DNA of 64,000 nucleotides from Balanoglossus misakiensis (GCA_040954595.2 CM082589.2:7251186-7315185), one strand, 5' to 3'. Shown: positions 42,301 to 54,768, counted from the stretch's first letter. Program-made: numbers and translations. The notes: generated by a model from the letters alone, not told the origin.

Positions 42301-44370
42301 GGAAGACACTGACACAAAACCAGATTTAAAGCCAAAAATATTATTCTGATCATTTGATCATTCCAGGAAGTTTTACATACTAAAATACATGTATTACACA
42401 TCACATAAGTCATGATGCAATCAACGATGCAATAATTTGATTATTGATTGGGAAAGTTGGAAATAAGCATTGTTCTCATCAGACAATTTACGTTTGCCCT
42501 AACCAAGTGTGTTATAGTTTATTATAGTTTTACTTTGGATAAAAATAACCGAAATGGACATGATAATGTGATGGCGAACCAGAGCTGGACATGTGCATGT
42601 AAGTGTGAACACAAGACTTCAGCAAACCCTAGAAATGATTTTTCAGCTATGGCCAGACCCCGAATGGACGTGTGTCAGAGCGAACATTCCTGACACATTT
42701 CTGGTACCAGGCCAATAAAGATAGACCTCAGGACCACTTGGGGAAATCATGGCTATTTTAACATCATAAACACAGACACACTCCACTTGTTTTAAGTAAA
42801 CATCATTTCACTCTCTGCTGCCCCTGGGAAGGTCTAAGTAAACATTTTCAGTTCAAATTGATTTCCCCATCCAAACTATTTATAAGTATTTAATATTATA
42901 CCCCAATGTCTACTTAATTCTCTTGGTAATGATGCAGCTAATACATGTACCAACTCTAATTTAGATATTTTTTTCTGTTTTTTTTTTTTTTATAAACTTC
43001 ATAATTATCTATTTTTTCATTCATTAATTGACAAATGCCAACAGAAAACAAAGGATTGCAACATGAAAATACCCAGTCTTTACAACATAGTCAGGCGAAT
43101 CTGGGCTGGGCACTTCAAGTTCAACTTCAAGGTAAAGACTGATATCTTACCCTTTTCGTCAACTGATGTACTACAGTCAGGTGAGGGCTGATGAATTTCC
43201 TCCGCAATGCACTGTTCTATGACCACTTCTGTTCTTGCAATTTTATTTTGACGATTCTGGTGATCCCCACCTAGTTCGGAACACTGCAAAAAAATGTCAT
43301 GTTAGCAAACCATGACTTATCATGTGTGGTTGGTGTATTTTTTGGCATTTTTTCATTCACTGGTGCGTTATTCTTTTGTTTATTGTTCAGACTTGTTAGA
43401 CTCCGCAACATGATTTGGAAAATACATGGGTATGCAGAATGGAGTTTTCGCTATGATTTGAACGTTGTTACGTTAATTAAAATAGCAGTGACTGAGTGAG
43501 AAAACTCTGGTGGTTATACTTAATTAATTTTTTTTTCAGCAGGAAATGAGGAATTACAAATCTCCTATATATTATAATCTCTTATTTTGAAAATCTTTTA
43601 AATAAGTGTTTATAACATGTGTTTACAAATTCTCAGCCAGACTCTCAAAACTATAATTAAATGTTTTCAACAGAAAGGCAAAATTGAATGGGGCGTATTT
43701 TGGCTTTGTGACAACCAGAAAAAGCTTTAGAATTCCACGGTTTAATACCATTCTCCTGGACTATAATTCCCCGGGATTTGAAAGGATTAGGGAATCTAAT
43801 CACGGGTAGCATCGACACCGCCCTGGCTAATGCTGGCTGCTTCTTTTTATGTGCAATGAACTAACTTCTCGAAATTCTGGCACTGTTATCTTACAAACTT
43901 GGTGTTTTTTTTCTGGCATGACTGTAGGTCACCGCACGATATGGGTATAAAGTACAATGTGTGACTATGACTAGCAGTAAAGTGTAAACGCCCAATACAT
44001 GATCACAGTGTTATCACTGGAATGAACTGGATGGCTGCAAACAATCCGCAGCATGGACAGTGCGTAAGCCGTAAGTGCTGGGTGTGGTCGCTGTGTTTTG
44101 ATAAACGTAGACGTCACTGGATGGAAAAAATACTGCCTATGTGCAGTCATGCACCCGATATGTGCATTAAAATAATAAAAATCCCTGGTGCGCTTGTACT
44201 AGCGGATATTATAGCGAGTTCCTATGTGCCGGGCGACCGTCGCCAATATACAAATGGCGCGCGCTGCTACTGTGTACACTTACGTGAGAGCTCCGAAAAC
44301 TGCCCCCTTCCACGATCGCGTCAGTACTGCCATTGTGATCTCTCTTCTTGGTCTTATTGCCTTTGAACAT
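36346..44370 (-). CDS. ITGB1BP1: Integrin beta-1-binding protein 1 (ICAP1), PTB domain
   Basis: Exons 44370-44284, 43283-43151, 41783-41638, 38685-38581, 36770-36627, 36450-36346 give 239 aa. MFKGNKTKKR (cf. human MFRKGKKR), DFRVQVIG, IDLINTLD, LSKHGVKL, IIRVVNFED..RSLLAVK, VFQCHNQDQAETIC. Confidence 0.88.
36904..37115. mobile_element. MITE family B
   Basis: TIRs with TA flanks. Confidence 0.85.
38025..38441. mobile_element. MITE family C
   Basis: TTAAGGATGTAC...GTACATCCTTAA. Confidence 0.85.
38803..38894. mobile_element. Short piggyBac-like MITE (uninterrupted homolog of 20882-21169)
   Basis: ACCCTTTCACC...GGTGAAACGGTTAA; its reverse complement aligns with the interrupted element in the TMEM68 intron. 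Confidence 0.6.
39241..39581. mobile_element. MITE family A
   Basis: TTAA-AGGGACAAAGTCTCTCTCTCGCTGCCC TIRs at both ends. Confidence 0.88.
40235..40435. mobile_element. MITE family B
   Basis: TIRs with TA flanks. Confidence 0.8.
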
Positions 44371-44911
44371 CAGGGCACAGCAGCAAGTGCTCATGAATTC
44401 ATCCGTTCGTGGGCACCCCTCACCAGTCACAACATAACAGCACGCTAGATATTGTTTTGACAGACGAGCTAATGAACCTTCGGGTCGGCCATCTTGGGAA
44501 AATACCTCTGCGCAAAGGCTCATGGGTACTTCGGTACCCATGATTCATTTTCCTGGGCCACAACTATTCGTGTTGATGGGACCTCCCCAAACGTTTTGAT
44601 AAAATGCCAGAATGTCTTGTATTTCTCAAAAGTTAAACTCTTCAGAAGCATTAAATCAGTATCATTAACAAACGTTTTGTGATATTTATCCGTAGATCAA
44701 TGTAAATGTCTGGAACAACCCTCTAAATATTTCCCGCCAGTACCCACGACCGAATGGTTTGGCCCGCCGCCATATTCACAATATTCGTTTTCCCTGAGTG
44801 TGTGGCTGGTGGCAGTGTTGCAAATTTCAGTCGGTATATTTGGTGAAACTTCGCCAAAAACAATATACTTTGTCTGCATTTGCACCCTGAGCTATCCATA
44901 AGCACATCAAT
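44371..44911. promoter_or_regulatory. Probable bidirectional promoter between ITGB1BP1 and TCEA
   Basis: Only 541 bp between divergent ATGs, CpG-rich, with YY1-like motifs GGCCATCTTG (~44487) and CGCCGCCATATT (~44765). Confidence 0.6.
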
Positions 44912-47900
44912 ATGCCGGGCACAGAAGAAGAAGTTGTTCGAATCGGCAAACAACTGGAAAAAATGGCATCGAGTAGCGTGAGTGTACATGCATCATTCGC
45001 AACTGTAGTCTGTATACTAAATTCGTCTAAACGAACACATGTCAACTCATTTTACTCATAACGACTATTTTTTACCATTTGCAGGACCATGGAAATGCCC
45101 TAGATTTGTTGAAAGCGCTGAAGGATTTGCCGATTTCTTTAGAGGTCTTGCAGGTAAACATCACATTTTCTTGCGCCTTAGCTTCCGTATCAATCATCAT
45201 CATCAACACAGATGGGTCGTTTGATTTGTTTGTTGTCGTTTTCCACCAGGTCATTCAGAGGTCACGCACAATGATGACGCGTGAGAAAGTTACATTTGTT
45301 AGTTAATAATTCACGATATTCCCTGTGTTATAGGCTTTCGTGATATTGTTGAGGCCACATTTTTATCTAGACTAAAACAATTTATATTTTTTTTCTGTCC
45401 TGCAGAAAACAAGAATTGGGATGTCTGTGAATTCATTACGTAAGCAAAGCAGCAATGATGACGTCATTTCACTCTCCAAAAATTTAATAAAAAGCTGGAA
45501 GAAGCTTTTGCCAGGTTAGTACTTTTTTTTCATATAAAGCACAAAACCTGGATATAAAAACATATTATAAACACATAGAATTACCCTAACGCTGCCAAGT
45601 CAGTTGAAACTGGTTTGATTTCCAGGGTGCCTAGAATCCTGGCTCCCATGATACCTGTTAGACTGCCAAGTGCGTGTTATATCAGTAGGGCCTATACAAG
45701 ACCCTCAAACCAAACCAGTGCAAACCAGTGTGATTTGGTACATTTTACAGGGGGCTCAGACTGCCAAGTGTGTCTAAGTGCATATGAGAGTCATGCCAAG
45801 ACAGTCAAAATATGTTTTAGAAGAAAAAGTAGCAAATATGTATTTTTAAAGGGACTTGACACTCTAGCAGGTATGACACCCAGTAGCATAAGGGTTAATG
45901 GTATTTTGATTGATGTAAGAGGGTGTTGTACCTTACATGTACAGATCACACACATATCTCTCATATCATGTTTGAGACGACCCTGATCAAACTTCTTTTA
46001 TCATTATACATTTACCATACCCGCATCCTCCTCTAAATTTCACCAGGGCCTCGACCATCCCGAGACAGTCAAGACTCCTCCTCCAGGGATTCATTCACAG
46101 ACGCCAGCAACGACGGCTCCTCGCGAGATTCCGGCAACGGCAACAGTTCACAATCCAAGCTGACGGCTAATGCTAATCCACTCCCAAAGACAAACGACTC
46201 CGTCAGGGAAAAGTGTCGAGACATGCTGGCAAATGCTCTCAAAACTCCATGTAAGTTGTGCATTGTCTCCTTCCATTTTAGTAACAAAAAACCCCACACC
46301 TGTAATGGATAAAAGCATTTCATGATTGTGGAACACAGCTACAGTCAAACCTGCCTATAGTGGCCAGTCAAGGGACTTTCCTAAACTGGCCTTTATAGAC
46401 AGGTGACCTTTATACAGAGGTTATTTAATGCACATGTGAATTGCACTGGGACTGTAACAAAGTGGCCACTATATACATAATATAGGGGTGGCCACTAACA
46501 GAGGTATGACTGTTTTTGTTGCAACTCCACCATGCTGTAAATCTGAAAATTTGACTTTTGTTCTGTTTTCAGTGGAGGAGGTCGACACATCAGAATTTGC
46601 TGACCCTGAAGAACTTGCAGCGGCCATTGAAGATTATATCCTTTTAATCAAAAAGATACTGTAAAACACTTTATCTTTGCGATCAATTAATATTCGCGAA
46701 ATACGTGAGAGCCAAAAAAGCATGAAAATAAAAAGTCGCGTAAATTGTTTTTGAAGATAACGATGCAGTGAATGAAATAAGAGAATACTCGCGAAACAGT
46801 GGCCTCTCTCGATACTGCGAAAAATTTCAACTCGCGGAAAATAAAGTGTTTTACAGTAAATTGCAAAGCAATTAGCGTGAGCAAAGTCAAGAAAAATGTG
46901 AACATGCACTGCATCATGGCCATAACCTATGGGCTCTTCAGCACCTCAGTCCTGAAACAGGGACTGTGAGTTAACCAGGCCAGCGTTCTGTTTCCCCGAG
47001 GCCACATCAAAGGCAAATTCTTCACAGTGATGTAGACATGGACCCTCAATGTGACTGACGTGCGCTTGACTCCTTAACTCTGCGCACGTATATTTACCGA
47101 ATTCACCAACACAGACACAAAGTACAAGAACCGAGTGCGAAGTCGTGTGGCAAATCTCAAAGATAGCAGAAATCCAGGCTTGAGGCAAAAGGTGCTTGCA
47201 GGGGATATCTCGCCCGAGAGAATGGCTGTTATGACTGCTGATGTAAGTAAAACCATTAGTTTTTTTTTTTTTACAGAAATTGTTTGTTATGAACTTAATT
47301 TATTCACTAGAATTTTTTTAAAATATAATATGAGATTGTTGAATTGAATTGTCACTGCGGGTGATGATAGAATTGCTTTATTTCGCCACTGGTGGCAGTA
47401 TTCACGTCAGCTGTGTTATTTATAGCAGTGTTTTGCAAAGGTTGGGGAACATTGGTAATGGATTTGGGAACCTCTGAACATTTCTACAACCCCCTAATAT
47501 AACTACATTGATACACCCAGGGGAACCCCAGTTAAATGACTGGGGAACTCCAGTAGATATTACCTAGGTACCACCCTTAACAAAACCACTGTATAGGCAG
47601 TTGAACATTATCAGCCAAAATTCATTCAAAGAAAATCTATTTTTTGTTCGTGTTTTGTGAAAAAAAAATACACATCCACAGGAGATGGCGAGCGACCAAA
47701 TGAAAGAATTGAGAAAAAACTACACAAAAGAAGCTATCAGGGACCATCAAATGGCGACGACGGGCGGCACGAAGACAACCCTTCTCAAGTGTGGGAAATG
47801 TGGCAAGAGAAACTGTACATATAACCAGGTAATTGGAGGTTTTACTAGTGGTGGATGGAAATACTGTAAAACACTTTATTTTCGCGAGTTGAAATTTTCG

Positions 47901-49001
47901 CAATATCGAGAGAGGCCACTGTTTTGCGAGTATTAATTTTCGCGTTCTCTTATTTCATTCACTGCATCGTTATGTGCAAAAAAAATTTACACTCCTTTTT
48001 ATTTTCATGCTATGTTGGCTCTCGTGTATTTCGCGAAAATTTATTGCTAGCGAAAATAAAGTGTTTTACAGTATCTCTGACTGGCATTTTTTTTCTGGTG
48101 GTCAGGTGGTCATTCAATGCCCAGTGCATCTGCTAATAGTGTATAGCGAATATTCTTTGCGTCTTCACTTCAGTGCTAAACTGTGAGGAATCTCTCTGGT
48201 CTGCATTTCAGGTTCAAACTCGTAGCGCTGATGAACCCATGACGACGTTTGCATATTGTAACGAGTGCGGCAATAGATGGAAGGTAAGGTCGTTGACCTC
48301 TCACGTGGGGAATTTAGCAATTTTGAACTTGTTCAATATAGAATGATCAATCGGACAACAGATATTAATTAGTAGATTGATTGTTAAATACCTTTATCCT
48401 GAAAAGCTAACAGCCAGCAATGGTTATGTTGTGTGTGTACTGATAAGTCGCAAGATTGGCCCTAATGTCAGCCGAGAACTGACTTAGCAGCAACCTATTT
48501 GCTGTTCAAAGTCTTGTTTCCTGTCAGTGTCATGCATTAAAGGGACAAAGTCTCTCTCTCGCTGCCCTTTTTTCCATTAATTATATTTGATACAAGACAC
48601 TGTTTGTTATTCTACATGTGGATATATAGTGAATGAACGTTCAACCACACACAACTTCCATCCCTCTTATAGACAGGAGAGTGAAAAAAATCGCCAAAAT
48701 GAATAATCGTTCTTTACCATTTATTCATTTTGGGCGAGTTTTTACTCTCATATCATACAAGTGGGATGGAAGTTTTGTGAGGTTGATTATTGATTCACTA
48801 TATATCCACATGTACATTAACATAAACAGTGTCTTGTATCAAACATAATTAATGGTAAAAAGGGCAGCGAGAGAGAGACTTTGTCCCTTTAATGTATTTT
48901 GGACTAATCGCGCTTTCATATACATGTACCTATATGGTAAACCAAAGAGGCGCTTTCTAATCAATGCCCTTTTCTCTCTCTCTCTTTTTCAGTTCTGCTA
49001 A
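44912..49001 (+). CDS. TCEA1: Transcription elongation factor TFIIS (TCEA1/2/3 ortholog)
   Basis: Exons 44912-44977, 45085-45153, 45406-45514, 46047-46250, 46573-46635, 47088-47242, 47682-47828, 48212-48283, 48993-49001 give 297 aa. Motifs [33 protein letters not shown] and [23 protein letters not shown]. Confidence 0.96.
45581..45898. mobile_element. MITE family E (piggyBac-like)
   Basis: Homologous to 18730-19029; ends AGGGTTAA. Confidence 0.78.
46340..46514. mobile_element. pogo/Tigger-like MITE
   Basis: TA-CAGTCAAACCTGCCTATAGTGGCCA...TGGCCACTAACAGAGGTATGACTGT. Confidence 0.6.
46636..47087 (+). other. U12-type (minor spliceosome) AT-AC intron of TCEA
   Basis: 5' ATATCCTTT, branch point TCCTTAAC at 47071-47078, 3' CAC. 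Splicing restores IEDC-IFTEF in frame. Confidence 0.92.
46657..46858. mobile_element. MITE family B inside the U12 intron
   Basis: TACTGTAAAACAC...GTGTTTTACAGTA. Confidence 0.82.
47862..48073. mobile_element. MITE family B
   Basis: TIRs with TA flanks. Confidence 0.85.
48537..48892. mobile_element. MITE family A, full length
   Basis: TTAA TSD with long TIRs. Confidence 0.88.
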
Positions 49002-49456
49002 CACTGGTGGTTGTTTATTGGAGTTCCTTTCGAAGTATCCTGTTTTGTTGAAGTTATCTATCTTTCAAAACCGAGACGCACATACAGACAGACACACTCA
49101 CACACAGACAGACACACTCATATACAAACAGTGAGACAGACAATGCCATACGGAGTGTAGCCAGATTTGTACTTTTCATGAATGCTGATGTTAGGTCAAA
49201 AAAAGCATTTAATAGTTCTTTGTCTGCCTTTATACCGTTGCTGTGATCATAATGCATACTGTAATGTTACATGTTCTATATGTGCTTCATGATGATCCTG
49301 TGGTTCTGTGCGGTGCAACACGGATACAAAATTATCTACTGGTGTTCATTTTAAAAAAGGGTTTGCTGTTTGTTCACAGCTGTAGTCATTTTGCAGTAAA
49401 CGCTGACCTATTTCCCAATATGTAAGACTACAACTGTATTAAAAAAACAAGTCTAT

Positions 49457-49869
49457 TTAAGGATGTACGTTCAGTAAAATTGAAAGTATTGTCATTTTTT
49501 TTAATTGTGGATTTTGGATCCTCTTTTTTATGTATACTGAAATTTCGTAATAAAATATAGGGGTCTTGTTTTTGAAATACAGAGCCATGAATTTAGTCGA
49601 TAATAGAAAAAAACTGCTGACTCAGCATTTTTCACCAATGGTTTGTCTATGGGCAAAATTTTTAACGCAATTTATCTCAAAATAGAGCACGGTGACCCCT
49701 ATATTTTATTTGACCAATGAATTTAAATTTACTGAACTGAGCTTTGTGTGAAATTATGTGAAAATGACAATAGTAGAAGTTTGTTTTCTAGCAATTATCA
49801 ATGTAATCCTATGGGAAAAAGACCGGGCGCGCAGTGTTTCCGGTTTATGTTCTGCGCGTACATCCTTAA
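49457..49869. mobile_element. MITE family C
   Basis: TTAAGGATGTAC...GTACATCCTTAA. Confidence 0.85.
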
Positions 49870-51108
49870 GTTGAGGTTCCCTGCATAGATTTGACCTCTC
49901 TGGCATAAACGCCCACCTGTTGAAGAAAGCTACACTTGCGGGCAATGAACACCAAGCTGCTCTGTGATGTACTTCACCTTGACTGTCACTGTGTTAAAAT
50001 TTTCTTGTATACTGCCCTCACTCGGTGTTGTCCGGTCATTAATACTTGTAAGAATTAATTAATTCGCCAGAAGGTTATTTTGCAAAGATGTTCATACTAG
50101 TAGAAAAATAATTGGCAAAGACAATATTTCATCCACATGGACAAGTGTGCTGTATTTTAATCATGTTGGATTTTCTCACAAAATGTATACCGTTTGCAAG
50201 TACGGTACTGCCCCATTTTTTGCAGTGCTCATTTGGAGCTGTTATGGTTGGCATTAAACAAATAAAACTTATCTACAACAAAACAAGTGGTTTGCAGTGT
50301 TTTTCTGTACGCTTCCATTTGTAAAGTTGTTTTTGCAGTTAACAGGTTTGATGGGTTGCCTAAAGAATGCTGCAAACACCCTGCCTACAAAGGCATGGCT
50401 TTCAGATTCAGTTGGCCCTTACTGTATTATAGATGTTGAGGGAATTACAATAGTAAGCAGTGCTTCAACCAGGTTGCCACAGTATTAGGGGAATTATGTC
50501 CCAAGGGAAATTTAACATAACTTTCTACGTGGAAGGCTGACATATACCCGGCATGCATGTGAGAGACCTGGTACGATACGTGAATTTCGAAAATAAGTTT
50601 TGCTAAAAATGCAGATTGAGTTTCCGTTGCTGTAAGCTGCGATAGTCTGGTTCCCTGCCCCATTCCCACCGCTGGCTGCGCTACGCTAAACGAACCAGAC
50701 ACCGGCCCCAGCCATCGAGACCCAGCCATCACCTCATATTAATACCGCTGGTGGCGCAGTTGTGTGAAATCGGGGTCAGTGAAGTTTAAAGTAAAGTAAA
50801 GCAAACATGCATGACCTAATGCTGTAAACACGGTCAGCTGAAATCTTATCCAGAACATATATAGAATAATATGCTGCAGTGTAAAAGTATGTGCGGCAAA
50901 CTTCTGACCGTTTGATCATGTGATCTAATATAAGGGTCTACGCGGTTTTGATCACAGGGCTACTCCGTGGAGCTGAGCATACGTGCCCTGTGTCGACACG
51001 CCCTGGCCTGGCCTTGGTCGTACTTTGTGTTTGTTTGGTGTTGTGAAGCTGTCCAGCTAGGGATAAAGAAATTCGACCCGGAAGAGTTTTGTCTGTAGGA
51101 CTTGAATC

Positions 51109-53620
51109 ATGTCTACAAATAATCAACAACAAGGGCAGAGTTCTGCCTCTGCAGCAGCAGCAGCAGCAACAACAGGACACTGTCTAGATATTGGAGTTAC
51201 CGGATCTGATGACGGACACACTGGAATCAGTGAACAGGTTATTATCGTGAAAGACATGGGCGTTCAAACGGACATTTCTGCCTGGGACAAGAAACCGTGC
51301 ACCTGTAACTGTCACATTTATCTTCCTGCGCCTCACGCCAGCCCGCAGACCGAACTGGACACCGTAGACGGAATGCACGTCGACAAGCCAGTGCAGGCTT
51401 TCAGGTTGAAGAGACACAGCCTATCAGAGCCAGACTTAACGAAATCATTCGGCCGTGTTTCTGTCGATACAAAGCTATATGATCGCCATATCTCTGCAGA
51501 TAATGCAGCACACGCATCGGCAGAAGCAAAACCACCTATCAAACGCACACAAGAAGGCACAAGTAACGCGTTAGCTGACGTTTCTAATGGCGAGACCAGC
51601 TTTGTAGAGTCCAGCAGTCCAGATGCAGCGGATGGACCCATCACGTTCGAGGTCCCTACAGGAGACACTGGCCCATCAACAGGAAAACAGAATGCCAATG
51701 ATGATGATGATGATGATGATGATAAAAAGAGCATCTCATCGACTGAAACCGACTCGTCAAAAGCCACACCCAGTGAGCAGGTTGCAGATAAGTTATCGAC
51801 ATCTTCAGTGATGATATCTGGCAGATTCCCTGACCTGATGAAGAGTAGGAGGGTAAGCATGGACATACTGATGTCTCAAAAAGGAACCCAGAATCTCTCT
51901 GAGGAGATGATGGCCGACAAGATCGCAACTCAAGTGGGTGAGTTTTGTTTTCACTTCAAGTTTATCTTATGTGTCTCGTCCCATTACATTGAGATTGCTA
52001 GAAAACTCACTTATACTATTGTCATTTCCATGAAGTTTTACACATAGCTCATAGTCGAGTGAAACCAAATTCATTGGTCAAAATAATTCTCATTTTGATC
52101 GATTCTTTTTCTTTATTCTCCAACCAACACAACCTGTCTCTGATATGATCACAGAGAATCTGACAGCTACGATCTTGAAGGAAATTAGTGAAACCATACA
52201 AAGAACAGTTTCCAAGTGCAAGCTAGGTGATACCCATGTGCATGGAGATCTGCACCTTCAGGTTGGAGACAATAATAAAATGGTGGTGTGCAAGGGAGAA
52301 CAAGAAGATTCTGACAGGGAACAGAAGATGAAAGCTGATGGAGAAGTCTCCAAAGGGACTGATTTGGCGGTCGCACATGGAAGACCAGTCATCAATCACG
52401 GTGGCAGTTCTGGTTGGTCTCATTACTTATTTTTACTCTTTCAACCATATTTTCCTTTGTAGAGTTCAAACTTTAACATAGAAAACAACATATTTTGACC
52501 AAACCATGGTGATGTATTGTATTGTATTGTATTGTATTGTATTGTATTGTATTGTATTGTATTGTATTGTATTGTATTGTATTGTAATTCTGTACTTTGT
52601 TGCCATAAATGATTCTAGCATTCTGGGCATAACATTCATGAGGTCTGACGTCACTTTGCAGGAGTCTCAAGCGAAGTTGAAGAAGAACGGAGAAATAAGA
52701 CGTTGAAAGTGAGAGAAGAAATGACCAAGGCTATACAAGAAGATGATCTCTACAAGATGTCCGAGCTTCTGAAGACGTCAGGGTGCATGGATGATATTGA
52801 TGGTTTTACTCCGCTTCACTTGGTCGCTCTGCATGGCCGTTATAGATTAGTGGCGCCGCTGTACGCCCTGTGCGATTATCGGACATTGTACGCGATGCAA
52901 GTTGGCCCGCAGTCCGAAGAGTACTGCGGTATGACGGCTACAGAAATGGCCAAAAGGCTAAGTGGTAAGGTCATTGCCAAAAAGCCAAGCGCTAACACGG
53001 TCGCCAAGAAGCTACTTCATTCTGCGACGCTGAATATGATTGAAGTACATTACAAGTTCACAAAGGGCTTGAGCGAGCTGCATCTCGCGGCCCAGCGAGG
53101 GTACCTGTGCGTTGTGTTTTCGCTCTGCAGGAAGAGTAAGAATGTTGACGTGAAAGGCATGTACGGCAACACGCCCTTGTACATGGCGTGCGTCAGTGGC
53201 AAGCTGGAAGTGGCCAAGATCCTGGTGAAGTACGGCGCCGACATCAGACAGCAGAACGACTGGGGCGACACGCTGCTGCACAGGACCGCCCGCTGGGGGC
53301 AGTACCGCATCGTGGAGTACCTGCTCGGCACGGACCTCGTCGCCGACATCAACAAGAGGAACAGGCAGGGCTGGACTGCGCTGCACATGGCCGTGTTCTA
53401 CGGCAGCAGATCGGTGGTCAAGCTTCTGTTGGGTCGCGGCGCCACTCCCGACACCCGCGACATGTCCGATTACAGTCCCCTGGACACGGCACTAGAGGAG
53501 GGTCACAAGGAGATCGGCCGGATGCTGAAAGAAGCAGGCGCTACGCCTACGACCCCTGACCTGGGTCACTTTGACAACCAGCCTGGATTTCCGGATAGTA
53601 CACGGCAGAGAATTCCTTAG
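51109..53620 (+). CDS. Ankyrin-repeat protein with disordered N-terminus and a RHIM-like motif (paralog 1)
   Basis: Exons 51109-51937, 52155-52412, 52662-53620 (phase-1 introns) give 681 aa. Exon 2 has HLQVGDNNKMVV. Exon 3 has ANK repeats (GFTPLHLVA, GLSELHLAA, GNTPLYMAC, GDTLLHRTA, GWTALHMAV, DYSPLDTA). Confidence 0.8.
52513..52586. repeat. (TATTG)n microsatellite
   Basis: Seen directly, in intron 2 of ankyrin paralog 1. Confidence 0.95.
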
Positions 53621-54664
53621 TAAAAGCACAGGGTATAATGAATCCCGTGTCCAATTTCAGTTTTTGAATTTTGTCCAGTGACACGTTATAATAATCATGT
53701 CCAGTGACACGTTATAATAATCAGTCAGTTGCCACCTACATATGGTGGAAACTTATCAATAGTGTCCACTCTGTTGCAGTCTCTGTGCAGTTTGCATGTG
53801 CATTAGTTTACTTGTATATATAAAGCCATCTATCTAAGTATCTTGCAGATAAAGTGTAGAAAAAGTCTCTTGACTACCTCTATAATACGATCATAATGGA
53901 TTGCCGACATACGTCCAGGCATACAACATGCGAACTCAATAAAGGGAGAATTGGTTTCAATTAAGACTTAAGTTTTATTGATGAACCGTACTTTGTATTA
54001 ACTATAACGTTCACAAAAGTTTCATTATGATTTCATTTTAATAAAGCATACTTCTAACAATACGACGAAATGTGCTGGAATATTCCGACCAGTAAAAATC
54101 GAGAGAAATTAAGCAGAGGAGGCGATGACAGCGCAGACATGCACCACTGCGCACGCGTAGACTGATATCATGGAAACCCCCTCTGACCTGAAATAACCCT
54201 AGTTTCATATACGTTTACCTGGGCCCAGAGCGCTGAAGAAAAAAAAATGGCTTAATTTTCCCAAGGCTGTCAACGAAAGGAACGCACGGATCTCTTGTTA
54301 ACTTTGTATGTCGCATAAATAGACGTTTACCAGCACAGGTGAGATATATATTTCTACTGCAAAGAACGCTGTAACACATTCCTATGTTTCAGACATACAC
54401 GTATGTCGTTATTGTCAGCTTACTTCCGTCATGGCTGTGGTCCTATTGGAATGCGCCTATTACTCGATCGAACCAGGGTTGAACGATAGACCCTCGACAG
54501 TTACGAACGCGACCAACTACCGATTCTATTTTGGCATTCAAGAAAACGATCCTGCGTAGACGAACCACCATGAAATATCAATCAAAACACACCCATTTTT
54601 TCTCCGTTGACAGCGACAGCTACGAAGTGTAACTTTGCTTTGGTGTTGTCCGCACCATAGTAAC

Positions 54665-54768
54665 CACAGGCGTTTGATCCGATCGCTTCGCGATGGTCGC
54701 TGCAGTAACCGTATATGTATACGGTTACTGCAGCGACCATCGCGAAGCGATCGGATCAAACGCCTGTG
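54665..54768. mobile_element. 104-bp perfect-hairpin MITE with 8-bp TSD
   Basis: 51-bp perfect inverted arms CACAGGCG...CGCCTGTG with a 2-nt loop; ATAGTAAC duplicated at 54657-54664 and 54769-54776. Confidence 0.9.

Noticed and set aside
52890-52915. AMQVGP in ankyrin paralog 1 as another RHIM
   Set aside because: It is within the folded region, and the paralog has ARVGS at the same place.
53012-53559. Antisense and alternate-frame ORFs over GC-rich exons (also 15093-15530 and 56923-57257)
   Set aside because: They are shadows of high-GC3 coding sequence.
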